Source: an uncultured Candidatus Scalindua sp. (GTDB taxonomy: Bacteria > Planctomycetota > Brocadiia > Brocadiales > Scalinduaceae). Taken from it: 24,000 nucleotides of DNA. The stretch lies in NCBI GenBank assembly GCA_964437425.1, contig CAYTGO010000004.1, positions 45,814-69,813 of the forward strand, given 5' to 3'. The position numbers were made by a program, and so were the translations under genes. The notes under the pieces were generated by a model. That model was not told where the DNA came from, did not search any database, and was given only the letters and a program-made list of their open reading frames with translations. The stretch's first letter is position 1; every line of letters starts with the position of its first letter. Below, one piece after another: positions 1-8,659 of the stretch.

Positions 1-99
1 GTACAGAGACGAGAAAGCGTTATTATTTGCATCGAACGATGTTACAAAGACAATCAAGGACATAAAGAGTTTCAGTTTGGAATAATTATTTATCAATAA
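1..99 (+). CDS. Possible 3' end of an upstream gene (fragment, unidentifiable)
   Basis: Frame 1 is open from the window edge to TAA at 97-99 (VQRRESVIICIERCYKDNQGHKEFQFGIIIYQ*). It is too short to recognise any family. Confidence 0.25.
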   Translation, partial: VQRRESVIICIERCYKDNQGHKEFQFGIIIYQ

Positions 100-120
100 G
101 ACAGGAAGGACCATGCTATC

Positions 121-636
121 ATGAAGAAAACTCTCACACTCCTTATTTTCTGTCTATTACCATCTTTCTTTTTTCTGGGTGCTTCGGAGCCACAACCGGT
201 TCTTGACAAACTGGATTCCCTGGAAAAGACCATTTCTAATTTATCATTCAGAATCCTCGCTCTAGAAAAAAGAATCATTTCACTTGAAGAAAAGATTTTT
301 CTGGAAGCAACCAGACAAGAAAAACTACCGGGGAACATTACTCCTGAAATTTTTGAACAATCAGGTGATGATTTTTCCATTGAAGATGTTACCTATGCAA
401 CTCAATATAATGGCACAGTCTTTAGAGGCAAAATTACAAATAACACTAACAATGACTTCCAATATTCACTTTTTAAAATTACCGTTTACAAAAAAAATGG
501 TTCTGTCGCTTCCAGTAACGACTTTTATATATTGAATCTGGATAGCCATTCAACCAGAGCATTTGAGGCAAAAATACATGACGCAACGAAGGAAGAGTTT
601 GAGACGTATTTAATTGAATTCACCAAAGGTTCTTAA
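121..636 (+). CDS. Small secreted protein: signal peptide + coiled-coil helix + beta-rich C-terminal domain (function unknown)
   Basis: ATG at 121 follows AGGAAGG (102-108). N-terminus MKKTLTLLIFCLLPSFFFLGAS looks like a signal peptide. A heptad-like Leu/Ile segment follows (LDKLDSLEKTISNLSFRILALEKRIISLEEKI). The Asn/Thr-rich C-terminal half (GKITNNTNNDFQYSLFKITVYKKNGSV...) weakly recalls FxLYD-type beta-sandwich domains; this is a recollection, not verified. Confidence 0.75.
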   Translation: MKKTLTLLIFCLLPSFFFLGASEPQPVLDKLDSLEKTISNLSFRILALEKRIISLEEKIFLEATRQEKLPGNITPEIFEQSGDDFSIEDVTYATQYNGTVFRGKITNNTNNDFQYSLFKITVYKKNGSVASSNDFYILNLDSHSTRAFEAKIHDATKEEFETYLIEFTKGS

Positions 637-645
637 GCCTGAAAA

Positions 646-2112
646 TCAGCCCAGGAAACCGGTTACATTGTCCAGCTGCACATTACTTACAGCGATTTCA
701 GGAGCGACCACTACTTCCCTTGATCCCCATACCAGCGTAGACCTCTTTTTCTTTGTGATTCCGATTATGTTGTTAAGTATCTGTTTTATGTTGGCATTGA
801 TCCTGATGGTGTTAGGTTTTAAAGGACTTGCAATCTTTCCGTCCTTTACCAAAAAAGAGTCAGCGATTATCGTACTCGTGAAATCGCCCATGGCCAATCC
901 GTTTATCGCATAGGTGTACCATATCCTGCCAATGTAAACTCCGTTGTCTACCTGTTTAAGCAGGCTGTCCCTGGTTGTTTCCCTGCTTCCTTCAATTACC
1001 ACGTTTGTTGGATATATACCTGTCTTATTTTTGTAATCCCTTCCATTTGTTGAGTATCTGAAACCGTTCCGTGGAATTGGGCAATACAGATTGTTTCTGA
1101 ATTTCTGTGCATAGTAATTGTTTGCCAGAAAGCCTGTAAGCGTTCCATTCGTGACCAGATCAGTCCTTCCGGTCGGCATGCCCTCACACGTAATCTTTTT
1201 ACTACCGATCTCCCCCTCTATAGATCCATCATCATATATGTTTAAATTGCTTGATGCTATTCCCTGCCCGAGTTTCCCAAGGAATGGTGTATTGGACGCA
1301 TAGACTGAAGAAAGATCTAATGATGGTATCAATACGTTTGAAACAATATCAGTAAGTGGCTGATTTCCAAAAATCACACTGTGTTTTCCGGATCTTATTT
1401 TCCTTCCGCCAATTGTCCTCATCGCACTTTCTGCGGCTTCTCTCCCGGCAGCTTCAGGTTTAAACGTTGCAAGGTGCGTGTCCATACTCCATCCCGTACC
1501 CTTAACATTCTTATTCTCAATCATTGCCGTTATATTTGCAGTGAGGCTGGTTGTTTCGTCAAAGTCATCTATCCCTTTTGTAGTCTTTATGGCCATTCTC
1601 TCTCTCAGGACGGTAACATCTCCACCGATAATGATTGTTTTTTTGTGACCTCCATCATGCAGGGCTCTAAGTGTACCATCAAGTGCCTTCCATCCCAGGC
1701 CAACAGCATCTTTTCCGCTGATTCCCATGACACGTTTGTCGTGATAGTTTGTTAAAGCAGGCGTTCCTACCGATTCGGGTAGTGTTTTGAAGCCCGGATC
1801 ATACACTCTGTTTCGTTTCGCCTTCGACAGCGCCTCAAGAACTCCCTCTTTAGTCAAATCATTTGTGACTGACCCAAACCCTGTTTCTGTTCTGTTTCCT
1901 TTTTTGAATGTAGCCAGGATTCCAAGCCCGTACGATTGGATTGATTTTGGTTCATGAATCCCGTTACAGGGAATATCGGATGTATAATTCAACCTAATCG
2001 TTATCAGATCATTCCATGATGCGAATACTTCTGCATCGATAACGTCCTTTTGCTTTTTTACCTGTTTTAGCGCGTTGGCAACTGCTGTTCGTAGATCTTC
2101 TGTTTTTATCAT
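646..2112 (-). CDS. pmbA: TldD/PmbA-family protein, PmbA (TldE)-like non-catalytic paralog
   Basis: 488-aa ORF with a family-typical C-terminal region (MGDFTSTIIADSFLVKDGKIASPLKPNTIRINANIKQIL). I can find no HExxxH motif. It starts 28 nt downstream of the tldD-like gene on the same strand. Confidence 0.8.
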   Translation of the reverse strand: MIKTEDLRTAVANALKQVKKQKDVIDAEVFASWNDLITIRLNYTSDIPCNGIHEPKSIQSYGLGILATFKKGNRTETGFGSVTNDLTKEGVLEALSKAKRNRVYDPGFKTLPESVGTPALTNYHDKRVMGISGKDAVGLGWKALDGTLRALHDGGHKKTIIIGGDVTVLRERMAIKTTKGIDDFDETTSLTANITAMIENKNVKGTGWSMDTHLATFKPEAAGREAAESAMRTIGGRKIRSGKHSVIFGNQPLTDIVSNVLIPSLDLSSVYASNTPFLGKLGQGIASSNLNIYDDGSIEGEIGSKKITCEGMPTGRTDLVTNGTLTGFLANNYYAQKFRNNLYCPIPRNGFRYSTNGRDYKNKTGIYPTNVVIEGSRETTRDSLLKQVDNGVYIGRIWYTYAINGLAMGDFTSTIIADSFLVKDGKIASPLKPNTIRINANIKQILNNIIGITKKKRSTLVWGSREVVVAPEIAVSNVQLDNVTGFLG

Positions 2113-2140
2113 TTTAAATTGCTATTCCTCACACGAATTA

Positions 2141-3682
2141 CTAACATCCGGCAAGCCTGGCCTTGCCCCGGAGTGTCGGGCCACCGTTTCCAACTCTCAT
2201 AATCTGCATCGGCTGTCCCTTTCCACAGTTCGGTATCGGATACATCTTAAAATCATTTCCCACCGCATCAATGCTCATGAGAAATTCTTTTGAATTTGCC
2301 ATTATCCCGCCACCTCTGTACAGCTTTACAAGTTTACCATTTTCAATCTTATAAACCTTTTTGGCAGAGATTCTGAAGTTTTCTCTGGATTCGCTTATGG
2401 ACGGAATTCTGTGGCTGACAATGTAATATCCATCCTTTACCTCTTTTATTATTTTCTTCGGATCTTTTTTGCCGGGACCAAAAGCCGTATTTGTCATCCT
2501 GACTATTGGTACCATCGACGACGTAGTCGCCCTCATCGAACCATTCGGCTCATGCCCAAGAACGTAGGCGTTTTCCCTTCCATTCAGGAAGGTCTTTAGA
2601 ATACCATTTTTAATTACGTCTATGCGTTTGGCCGGTGTTCCTTCGGCATCGTATTTATAGTATCCATATCCCATTGTGGTAGGATCTGAAAATGCGTTTA
2701 CGAGAGGAGATGCTATCCGCTCTCCTACCTGGTTTTCATCCATGCTCTTAAAAAGCCAGGACCTGCCCGCATAAGCGGTTTCCATCTTAAGTATTCTGTC
2801 AGATTCAGTAGGATGTCCGACGATCTCGTGCACGAGCAGTGTATTAAAGTGAGGGTCAGTTACAACTACAACTTCATCTTTACTCGTCTTAAGAAACTCC
2901 GCGCCTGAGAGTTCGACGGTCTCTCTTGTTCTCTCAAGTGCAAAATCGAGAAAGCTTAAATTATAACAATTCTTGCCTTCAATTATTTCCCACCCTTTCA
3001 TGTCGCCAACATAATCATAACAGACTTCCGGGCTGGACTCACCCTTCTGTGCTGACACATAAACAACACCCTGAGTCAGCGGCAATGATTGATCAATATT
3101 TGCACCCTCGGAACTGCAGAACAACTCCCTGGTTATGCCTGTTTTTATTCCGACAGCTGTGTAACGTACAGACGGATCGAGCTCTTTCATCTGCCGGGAA
3201 ACATCCAGGCTTGTCTTTAACACCTCCTGCAAAGAAACCTTTCGCGGGTCTATTTCAAAATCTGCCGGTACCGTATCCTGGCAAACCTTGATCTTTGCCA
3301 GTTTAACTTCTCTTAATGAATCGGCACTTTTCTCAAACTCCTGCTTTTTCTTTGCGTTGGCTACTGCACGTTCATAGGCAGTATTTATACCATTAATAAT
3401 CAGGCCTGTTATTCTCTTAACCTTTAAATCATTTTTACCAAGAGATTGACCATAGAACCCCCAGGATGATATCTCTCCCGCAATAACCCTTATTCCGAAA
3501 GAGGCGTCATAATCATCCGTAACATCCTTTGATTGTCCGTTTTCAGAAGTGGCTGATTTAAATTCGCTGATCCCAAGCCTTACGTCAACATATTTGCAAC
3601 CGTCTAGTGACTTATAATATGTTGACAGTGTTTTAAAGATGTGCCCTTTTAACTTGTCGAGGATCTCTATGCGTGGTTTCAT
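2141..3682 (-). CDS. tldD: TldD-type zinc metalloprotease
   Basis: 513-aa ORF. The HExxxH motif HEIVGH is encoded at 2813-2830 (minus strand) within LLVHEIVGHPTESD. Length and C-terminal GGGIMANS...GNGGP pattern are typical of TldD. Confidence 0.88.
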   Translation of the reverse strand: MKPRIEILDKLKGHIFKTLSTYYKSLDGCKYVDVRLGISEFKSATSENGQSKDVTDDYDASFGIRVIAGEISSWGFYGQSLGKNDLKVKRITGLIINGINTAYERAVANAKKKQEFEKSADSLREVKLAKIKVCQDTVPADFEIDPRKVSLQEVLKTSLDVSRQMKELDPSVRYTAVGIKTGITRELFCSSEGANIDQSLPLTQGVVYVSAQKGESSPEVCYDYVGDMKGWEIIEGKNCYNLSFLDFALERTRETVELSGAEFLKTSKDEVVVVTDPHFNTLLVHEIVGHPTESDRILKMETAYAGRSWLFKSMDENQVGERIASPLVNAFSDPTTMGYGYYKYDAEGTPAKRIDVIKNGILKTFLNGRENAYVLGHEPNGSMRATTSSMVPIVRMTNTAFGPGKKDPKKIIKEVKDGYYIVSHRIPSISESRENFRISAKKVYKIENGKLVKLYRGGGIMANSKEFLMSIDAVGNDFKMYPIPNCGKGQPMQIMRVGNGGPTLRGKARLAGC

Positions 3683-3690
3683 CGTAGGTA

Positions 3691-4413
3691 CTAATTTTTG
3701 TTGTTATCTTCTTTTCTCTTAATCGTGATATTCATTGCTATGAATACGAAGGTTACCAGGAATACCATCCCTACGGTAGTTACAATGGTCATGTGAACAA
3801 GGTTTCCCTTGATTTCGGCCTCTGCCCTGTCTATGGGCACTGCCACCGAGATAGCGCCTCTCAGGTCTCCAAACGTATAGTCCGTAGCCTTGTCATCAGG
3901 ATAATCTTCCTGAATGAACCCGGGCACGGTCTCCTTGGCGGAGTGGCATTTTAGGCACGCTTCCTCTATGTGGAGAGGAATGAGATATCTCAACACTCGT
4001 TTACTCTCTATCTCATCGACACCTTTATATTCAGTAAGATTTTTATCACTCTCGAATTCCGCAAGCGCCTTCTCTTCAAATTTATCCGGTCTGTTTTTCG
4101 GATTTCTATATTTTGAACTGACCTGTCTTAATCGGTAGCCTGTTGCATTGTAAAACTTTTTGCCAATCTCATTTCCTGCGATTGCAGGCATTAGTAATCT
4201 GGTTGCTTCATTATGCTCCATATTTGCAATTGCCATAGTTTCTGCCAGATATTCTCTCGTGTGCTTAAGCTCCAGGGCAATCATCTCGCATTTATCAAAC
4301 ACTTCCTCACGTAACAAAGTGGACTGTTTCTGGAAATTAGTAACAGTTATAGAAAGTATTACAATCGCTACTACAAATATTACGATTCCGTAAAGTTTAA
4401 AATTCTTTTTCAT
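3691..4413 (-). CDS. Membrane-anchored DUF3365 / Tll0287-like c-type haem protein (PAS-like sensor fold)
   Basis: 240-aa ORF with an N-terminal TM helix (LYGIVIFVVAIVILSITV) and a C-terminal TM helix (MTIVTTVGMVFLVTFVFIAM). CXXCH haem-attachment motif CLKCH is encoded at 3943-3957. Family-typical RLRQVSSKYRNPKNRPDKFEEKAL and GDLRGAISVAVPI segments are present. It stops 8 nt before the tldD start. Confidence 0.8.
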   Translation of the reverse strand: MKKNFKLYGIVIFVVAIVILSITVTNFQKQSTLLREEVFDKCEMIALELKHTREYLAETMAIANMEHNEATRLLMPAIAGNEIGKKFYNATGYRLRQVSSKYRNPKNRPDKFEEKALAEFESDKNLTEYKGVDEIESKRVLRYLIPLHIEEACLKCHSAKETVPGFIQEDYPDDKATDYTFGDLRGAISVAVPIDRAEAEIKGNLVHMTIVTTVGMVFLVTFVFIAMNITIKRKEDNNKN

Positions 4414-4624
4414 TAAAGTTGGTATGCCTTTAAAAAGTTTGAATCGTTATGTACAACGGCTTTCAGTCTAACACAAAAGTGAAATATTTTCTAAAAAAAT
4501 TATAGTTTTTACTCTTTGTGTTCTTTGCAGTTTTACAGTGAATAATTACTCATTTTTTAATGTATAAGATAACGTCATTTTTTTATAAATTTCACTTGAA
4601 AATTGCTTTAATGTTATATAAACC

Positions 4625-5515
4625 ATGACTATGATTTACGATTTGTTGTGGAGTAATCCCCTATCTTTAATTAGTTATTTCCTTCTTCTTATCTCTATTC
4701 TCAGCTTGTGGATCAAACAGGATATCAAAATATGGGGTACCATTACGTCTGCCTCTCTGGTTTGCGGCGTCATATCAGATAGAATAGATATTATTGGAAT
4801 CATTTCGATTTTTATATTGTGTTTACTTTATCACACTGTTAATCGTATCAATTTAATATTTTTCATTCGTGTGGCATCGGGCGTTTTGGCAATTATTTTA
4901 TCTGTTATGTTGGCGGCGCATCTTATTCCGGGATTCAACAATTGGAAAGTAGTCGACAGCGTATCTTTAACTGAAACAAGTCTTCCATATTCAATGTACT
5001 TAAATATGGATAAAACTTTGATTGGCCTAGCTATCCTTAGCGTGGGCTTTCCTCTTATTAAAAGTTTAAAAGAGTGGGGTTCCGTTCTTCGATCCACACT
5101 TCCCATATTCTCAGTAGGATTGATTGTTTTAGCAAGTACAAGTCAATCACTCGGTTATACACACTGGGATTTTAAATTTCCTGATCTGTTTTTTGTTTGG
5201 GCTCTCATAAATTTAGTTTTCACTTGTGTCAGTGAAGAAGCTTTCTTCAGAGGGTTCCTGCAAAGAAATTTATTTAAAATGCTGCAAAAATATAAGTACG
5301 GAAATATCTTAAGTTTAATTATAGTATCTATCTTGTTTGGTTTAGCACATTTTGCCGGAGGTTTTAAATATGTGATCCTCTCTACGATAGCCGGTATTGT
5401 ATATGGTTATACGTACCAGAAAACGGAACGAATTGAAGCCGGTATTTTATGTCATTTTGGAGTAAATACATTTCATTTTATTTTTTTGACTTACCCTGCC
5501 CTTGCTAATACGTGA
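4625..5515 (+). CDS. CPBP-family (CAAX/Abi-like) intramembrane glutamic endopeptidase
   Basis: Polytopic membrane ORF carrying the three CPBP motifs: EEAFFRGFLQ (EExxxR), FGLAHF (FxxxH) and HFGVN (HxxxN). The start is ambiguous between 4625 and the ATG at 4631. Confidence 0.85.
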   Translation: MTMIYDLLWSNPLSLISYFLLLISILSLWIKQDIKIWGTITSASLVCGVISDRIDIIGIISIFILCLLYHTVNRINLIFFIRVASGVLAIILSVMLAAHLIPGFNNWKVVDSVSLTETSLPYSMYLNMDKTLIGLAILSVGFPLIKSLKEWGSVLRSTLPIFSVGLIVLASTSQSLGYTHWDFKFPDLFFVWALINLVFTCVSEEAFFRGFLQRNLFKMLQKYKYGNILSLIIVSILFGLAHFAGGFKYVILSTIAGIVYGYTYQKTERIEAGILCHFGVNTFHFIFLTYPALANT

Positions 5516-5593
5516 AACATACCGCTCACAAAAGCGTTGAGTATATGGGTTTTGCTATGCTCAAATCATCACTCATGCCAGGAGTTCTGTATT

Positions 5594-7828
5594 TCAATCT
5601 ACATGATTATGATCACGCTCAAAGAAGTTTTTAATCTCTTCTATGTCAGAGACTTTTTTGCAGTCTGGAAGTGAGTTTAGAAAGTACTTGCCGTAGAACT
5701 TGCTCTTGATGCGAGGATCCAGGATTGCGACTACACCCGTGTCTGTTGTTGATCTGATCAGACGGCCAAAGCCCTGCCTCAGCAGTGTGATTGCCTGCGG
5801 CACCTGGTAGAACATGAATGGGTTTTTATTCTGGGATTTCAGCAGTTCCATTCTTGCTTCAATTATCGGATCATCTGGGACGGCAAATGGCAGCCTGGTT
5901 ATTATTACACATTTCAGTGCCTCACCCGGCACATCAACTCCCTGCCAGAATGTGGCGGTACCAAAGAGAACTGGTTTCTGGCTGGTCTTAAACTCTTCAA
6001 TCAATTGATATCTTGGTTTGTCTCCCTGCCGGAAAAGAGTAAAATCTTCCAGATCATCTTGAATCTCTTCGTATACGCTGTTCAGCATCTTGAAACTCGT
6101 AAATAGAATAAATGCCCTTCCCTGCGAGTGAGTAATAATGCCCTCTATGTGTTTCACAATACTATCTTTGAATTCTTCGGGTTGCTGATTCGGGTCTGGT
6201 ATATTGCCAGGAACATATATAAGTGCATTTTCTGAAAAGTTAAATGGCGATCCTATAGCTTTTTCACAATAGTCATCTTCTCTTGTTATGTGAGTATCTA
6301 ATCCGTCCTGCTCCAAAATAATGGTCGGTTTTTCTGTGTCCGTCTTATCGCTGACAGGTATTCCCAGCCGTCCTTTTATATATTTGAAGCCTCCATTTAT
6401 AGAAAGTGTAGCCGAGGTAAGAATTACCGGCCTGGTCTTTCCGAATATCTGTTTCTCAAATTCCACAGCGACATTTATTGGTGCAGCAAGCAGGGAGCAT
6501 CTTGTATATTTATGGTTTATTGGTTCCAGCGTATTTGTTAATTGCAACGTGTCTGAAAATGTTTCATAGCGAGATTTTTTCCTCTCGATATCTGTCCAGT
6601 AAACATACTCTTTCAGATCCTGATTCATAATAGTAGCAATATTATTGTTAATATCACTGCACCTGTTTGCGAATGCACAAATTTCTAACCTATCCTCATC
6701 TGTTTTAACCTGTTTCGACAGAGACTCAAGCAGATCAAAAAGGTTGGACAATGGCTTGCTGAGATAGTTGTTTATGGTACTCTTCTCCCTAATCCGGGTG
6801 GTCTTATTGCCAGTACCGTATTTTTCGATAATCTCTGAAAAAAAGAGATCGTTGGCAGAGGCAGCTTCTTTCAGTAGTTTTTCACAATCGCTTATGATAC
6901 CCGCTTGCTTAGCCTTGTCTGATGCGCTGGTTGAATCAAAGAGCCTTGTTATTAACCCTTTCCCTGTCTTAGGGTTCAGGATTGAGTCGAGCATATATTT
7001 AATCCTGGAGTTCGAGATTCCTATACCGAAGTAACTGGTAGCTATATCTTCCAGTGTATGGGCCTCATCAAAGACTACGGCATCAAAGTCTGGCAAGACC
7101 CGTCCATCACTTGCCAGGTTGGCAAAAAAAAGATGGTGATTTGTAACCAGTATTTGCGCCTTGTACTCTTTTCTACGCGCCCTGTTGTAGTAGCAATCGT
7201 CTTTGAATGAGCATTGTTTGCCAAAGCAGAGGTCTGACTCTCTACATATCTTGCTCCATACCGCCGGTGAAGGTTCGAAGTCCAGCTCTGATCGCAGCCC
7301 CCTCCTGGCATGTGCTTCCCATTGAACGATATGCTGAAATTCATCGAATTCCTTTTGAGTGTTAAAGACATTCTGCGACTGAGCCTGGTGAAATCGTCTG
7401 AGACATAAATAGTTCTGCCCGCCCACACAGAGAGTGTAAGAAAAATCAAATTTATCTTCCTGTCCATTCTCCGGATGCGAATTATCATCACCTGCATCGG
7501 CAAAAATATTAACAGACTTCAGAGCATTACGAAGAAAAGGAAGGTCTTTTTTAATTAATTGTTCCTGTAACGTCTTGGTATGAGTTGAGATGATAACCTT
7601 TTTGTTATTTTTGACACTCCAGAATATAAACGGAATAAGATATGCCATACTTTTACCTACTCCGGTACCGGCTTCAACGATAAGATGCTTGTTTCCTTCG
7701 ATGGCTTTTTCAATTGCGAGGGCCATCTCCATCTGCTGTGGCCTCAGTTCGTAAGAACCTAATTTCCTTGCGATAACTCCGTCTTTTCCAAGTACATCTT
7801 CGATCAACATAGTCTCAGGATAAATCAA
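5594..7828 (-). CDS. dinG: ATP-dependent DinG/XPD(Rad3)-family DNA helicase with Fe-S cluster domain
   Basis: Walker A EAGTGVGKSMAY and DEAH box VVFDEAHTLED. A cysteine cluster lies between them (CVGGQNYLC ... CRESDLCFGKQCSFKDDC). C-terminal helicase motifs are present (FTSF..., GTATFWQGVDVPG, RLIRSTTDTGVVAILD). An alternative start at Met7 is possible. Confidence 0.9.
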   Translation of the reverse strand: MIYPETMLIEDVLGKDGVIARKLGSYELRPQQMEMALAIEKAIEGNKHLIVEAGTGVGKSMAYLIPFIFWSVKNNKKVIISTHTKTLQEQLIKKDLPFLRNALKSVNIFADAGDDNSHPENGQEDKFDFSYTLCVGGQNYLCLRRFHQAQSQNVFNTQKEFDEFQHIVQWEAHARRGLRSELDFEPSPAVWSKICRESDLCFGKQCSFKDDCYYNRARRKEYKAQILVTNHHLFFANLASDGRVLPDFDAVVFDEAHTLEDIATSYFGIGISNSRIKYMLDSILNPKTGKGLITRLFDSTSASDKAKQAGIISDCEKLLKEAASANDLFFSEIIEKYGTGNKTTRIREKSTINNYLSKPLSNLFDLLESLSKQVKTDEDRLEICAFANRCSDINNNIATIMNQDLKEYVYWTDIERKKSRYETFSDTLQLTNTLEPINHKYTRCSLLAAPINVAVEFEKQIFGKTRPVILTSATLSINGGFKYIKGRLGIPVSDKTDTEKPTIILEQDGLDTHITREDDYCEKAIGSPFNFSENALIYVPGNIPDPNQQPEEFKDSIVKHIEGIITHSQGRAFILFTSFKMLNSVYEEIQDDLEDFTLFRQGDKPRYQLIEEFKTSQKPVLFGTATFWQGVDVPGEALKCVIITRLPFAVPDDPIIEARMELLKSQNKNPFMFYQVPQAITLLRQGFGRLIRSTTDTGVVAILDPRIKSKFYGKYFLNSLPDCKKVSDIEEIKNFFERDHNHVD

Positions 7829-7960
7829 TTTCTTTGGCCTTGCAAATCCTTTTTGATAATATATAATTTTGCTTGTAAGCTTAGCGGATTGGAACCTTAC
7901 GTTGAAGTATATTTAACCAGAATTAAGACGCCGTAGGATTAATAAAAAGGGGTGGTTTCA

Positions 7961-8266
7961 ATGGACGATGAATTAGTACCGCTTGAAGCAGATGCTCGTA
8001 AATTAGTAGAAGAGTATGTAGAGACCGCTCCTTATAAGTTGAATCCGGATTCTAATCACGTAGGTAAGATTGTAAAGAGTCTGGCAAAGAGGAAACTGAA
8101 GAACGGTTTTTTCTACTGTCCATGCAGAATGCTCTCCGACGACAAAGAGGTTGATGCGAAGATTATCTGTCCGTGTGAATATCACAAGGAGGAAATAGAG
8201 AAAGACGGCGTATGCTGTTGTGATCTTTTTGTAAGCCCTGATTATAAACCTGCATCAGCCGTTTAA
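7961..8266 (+). CDS. Ferredoxin:thioredoxin reductase catalytic-subunit-like protein (stand-alone)
   Basis: Motifs CPC (8117-8125), CPC (8168-8176) and CCC followed by DLF (8213-8221), with spacing close to the CPC/CPC/CHC pattern of FTR catalytic chains. I prefer the ATG at 7961, preceded by AAAGGGG, over the GTG at 7952 given in the ORF track. Confidence 0.7.
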   Translation: MDDELVPLEADARKLVEEYVETAPYKLNPDSNHVGKIVKSLAKRKLKNGFFYCPCRMLSDDKEVDAKIICPCEYHKEEIEKDGVCCCDLFVSPDYKPASAV

Positions 8267-8659
8267 CCTGCCTATTCAGAACAATTCTGGCTGACCCTGA
8301 CTTTAAGTGCAATATGACTTCGGTGAAGCCACAACCACTTTCCCATAAGTAACTATATACCAACCAATGCCAACTCATTAATGCTGTTTACAAGTAAAAA
8401 TTTCAGTCCAGAGGCCTCTTACCTGAGTGTTGCAAATCAGCTTTAAAAACAGACACCTTTCAAATCGCACAGGCCACTCAAAAACAGGTGATATTTTCAG
8501 TTTTACAGGGTAATTACCTCATTGACTTCAGGCAGGAATCATGTATAAACTGGAAGCATACCTGAAAAAACTATTAACTTATAGTCAATCCAAAATTTTT
8601 ATCTTTGACGCACTTGTTTTGCAATTCTCTAAATAGCTAAATCAACCGAAATCATTTCA

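Noticed and set aside
93-913. Overlapping ORFs 93-380 (-), 284-535 (+) and 614-913 (+)
   Set aside because: They are embedded in, or antisense to, genes with much better evidence (the signal-peptide protein and the PmbA-like gene). Their translations have no recognisable motifs and an odd composition.
4625-5515. CPBP/Abi-type protease as an abortive-infection or bacteriocin-immunity gene
   Set aside because: It is a single gene with no adjacent bacteriocin, toxin or small-peptide ORF. The family is very widespread and has housekeeping members.
7272-7283. GGTTCGAAGTCC, which resembles a tRNA T-loop
   Set aside because: It lies inside the dinG coding frame. The flanking bases cannot form a T-stem or the rest of a cloverleaf.
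7075-7503. 142-aa alternative-frame ORF inside the dinG gene, plus other ORFs of 60-120 aa nested in large genes throughout the window
   Set aside because: These are out-of-frame or antisense overlaps within genes that carry unambiguous helicase, kinase or protease motifs. This is typical chance ORF content for AT-rich DNA.
5594-7828. DinG helicase as a possible type IV CRISPR (CasDinG) or defence-associated helicase
   Set aside because: There are no csf/cas genes, no repeat array and no nuclease partner in the window. The flanking genes are housekeeping-like. It looks like a chromosomal DinG/XPD paralog.
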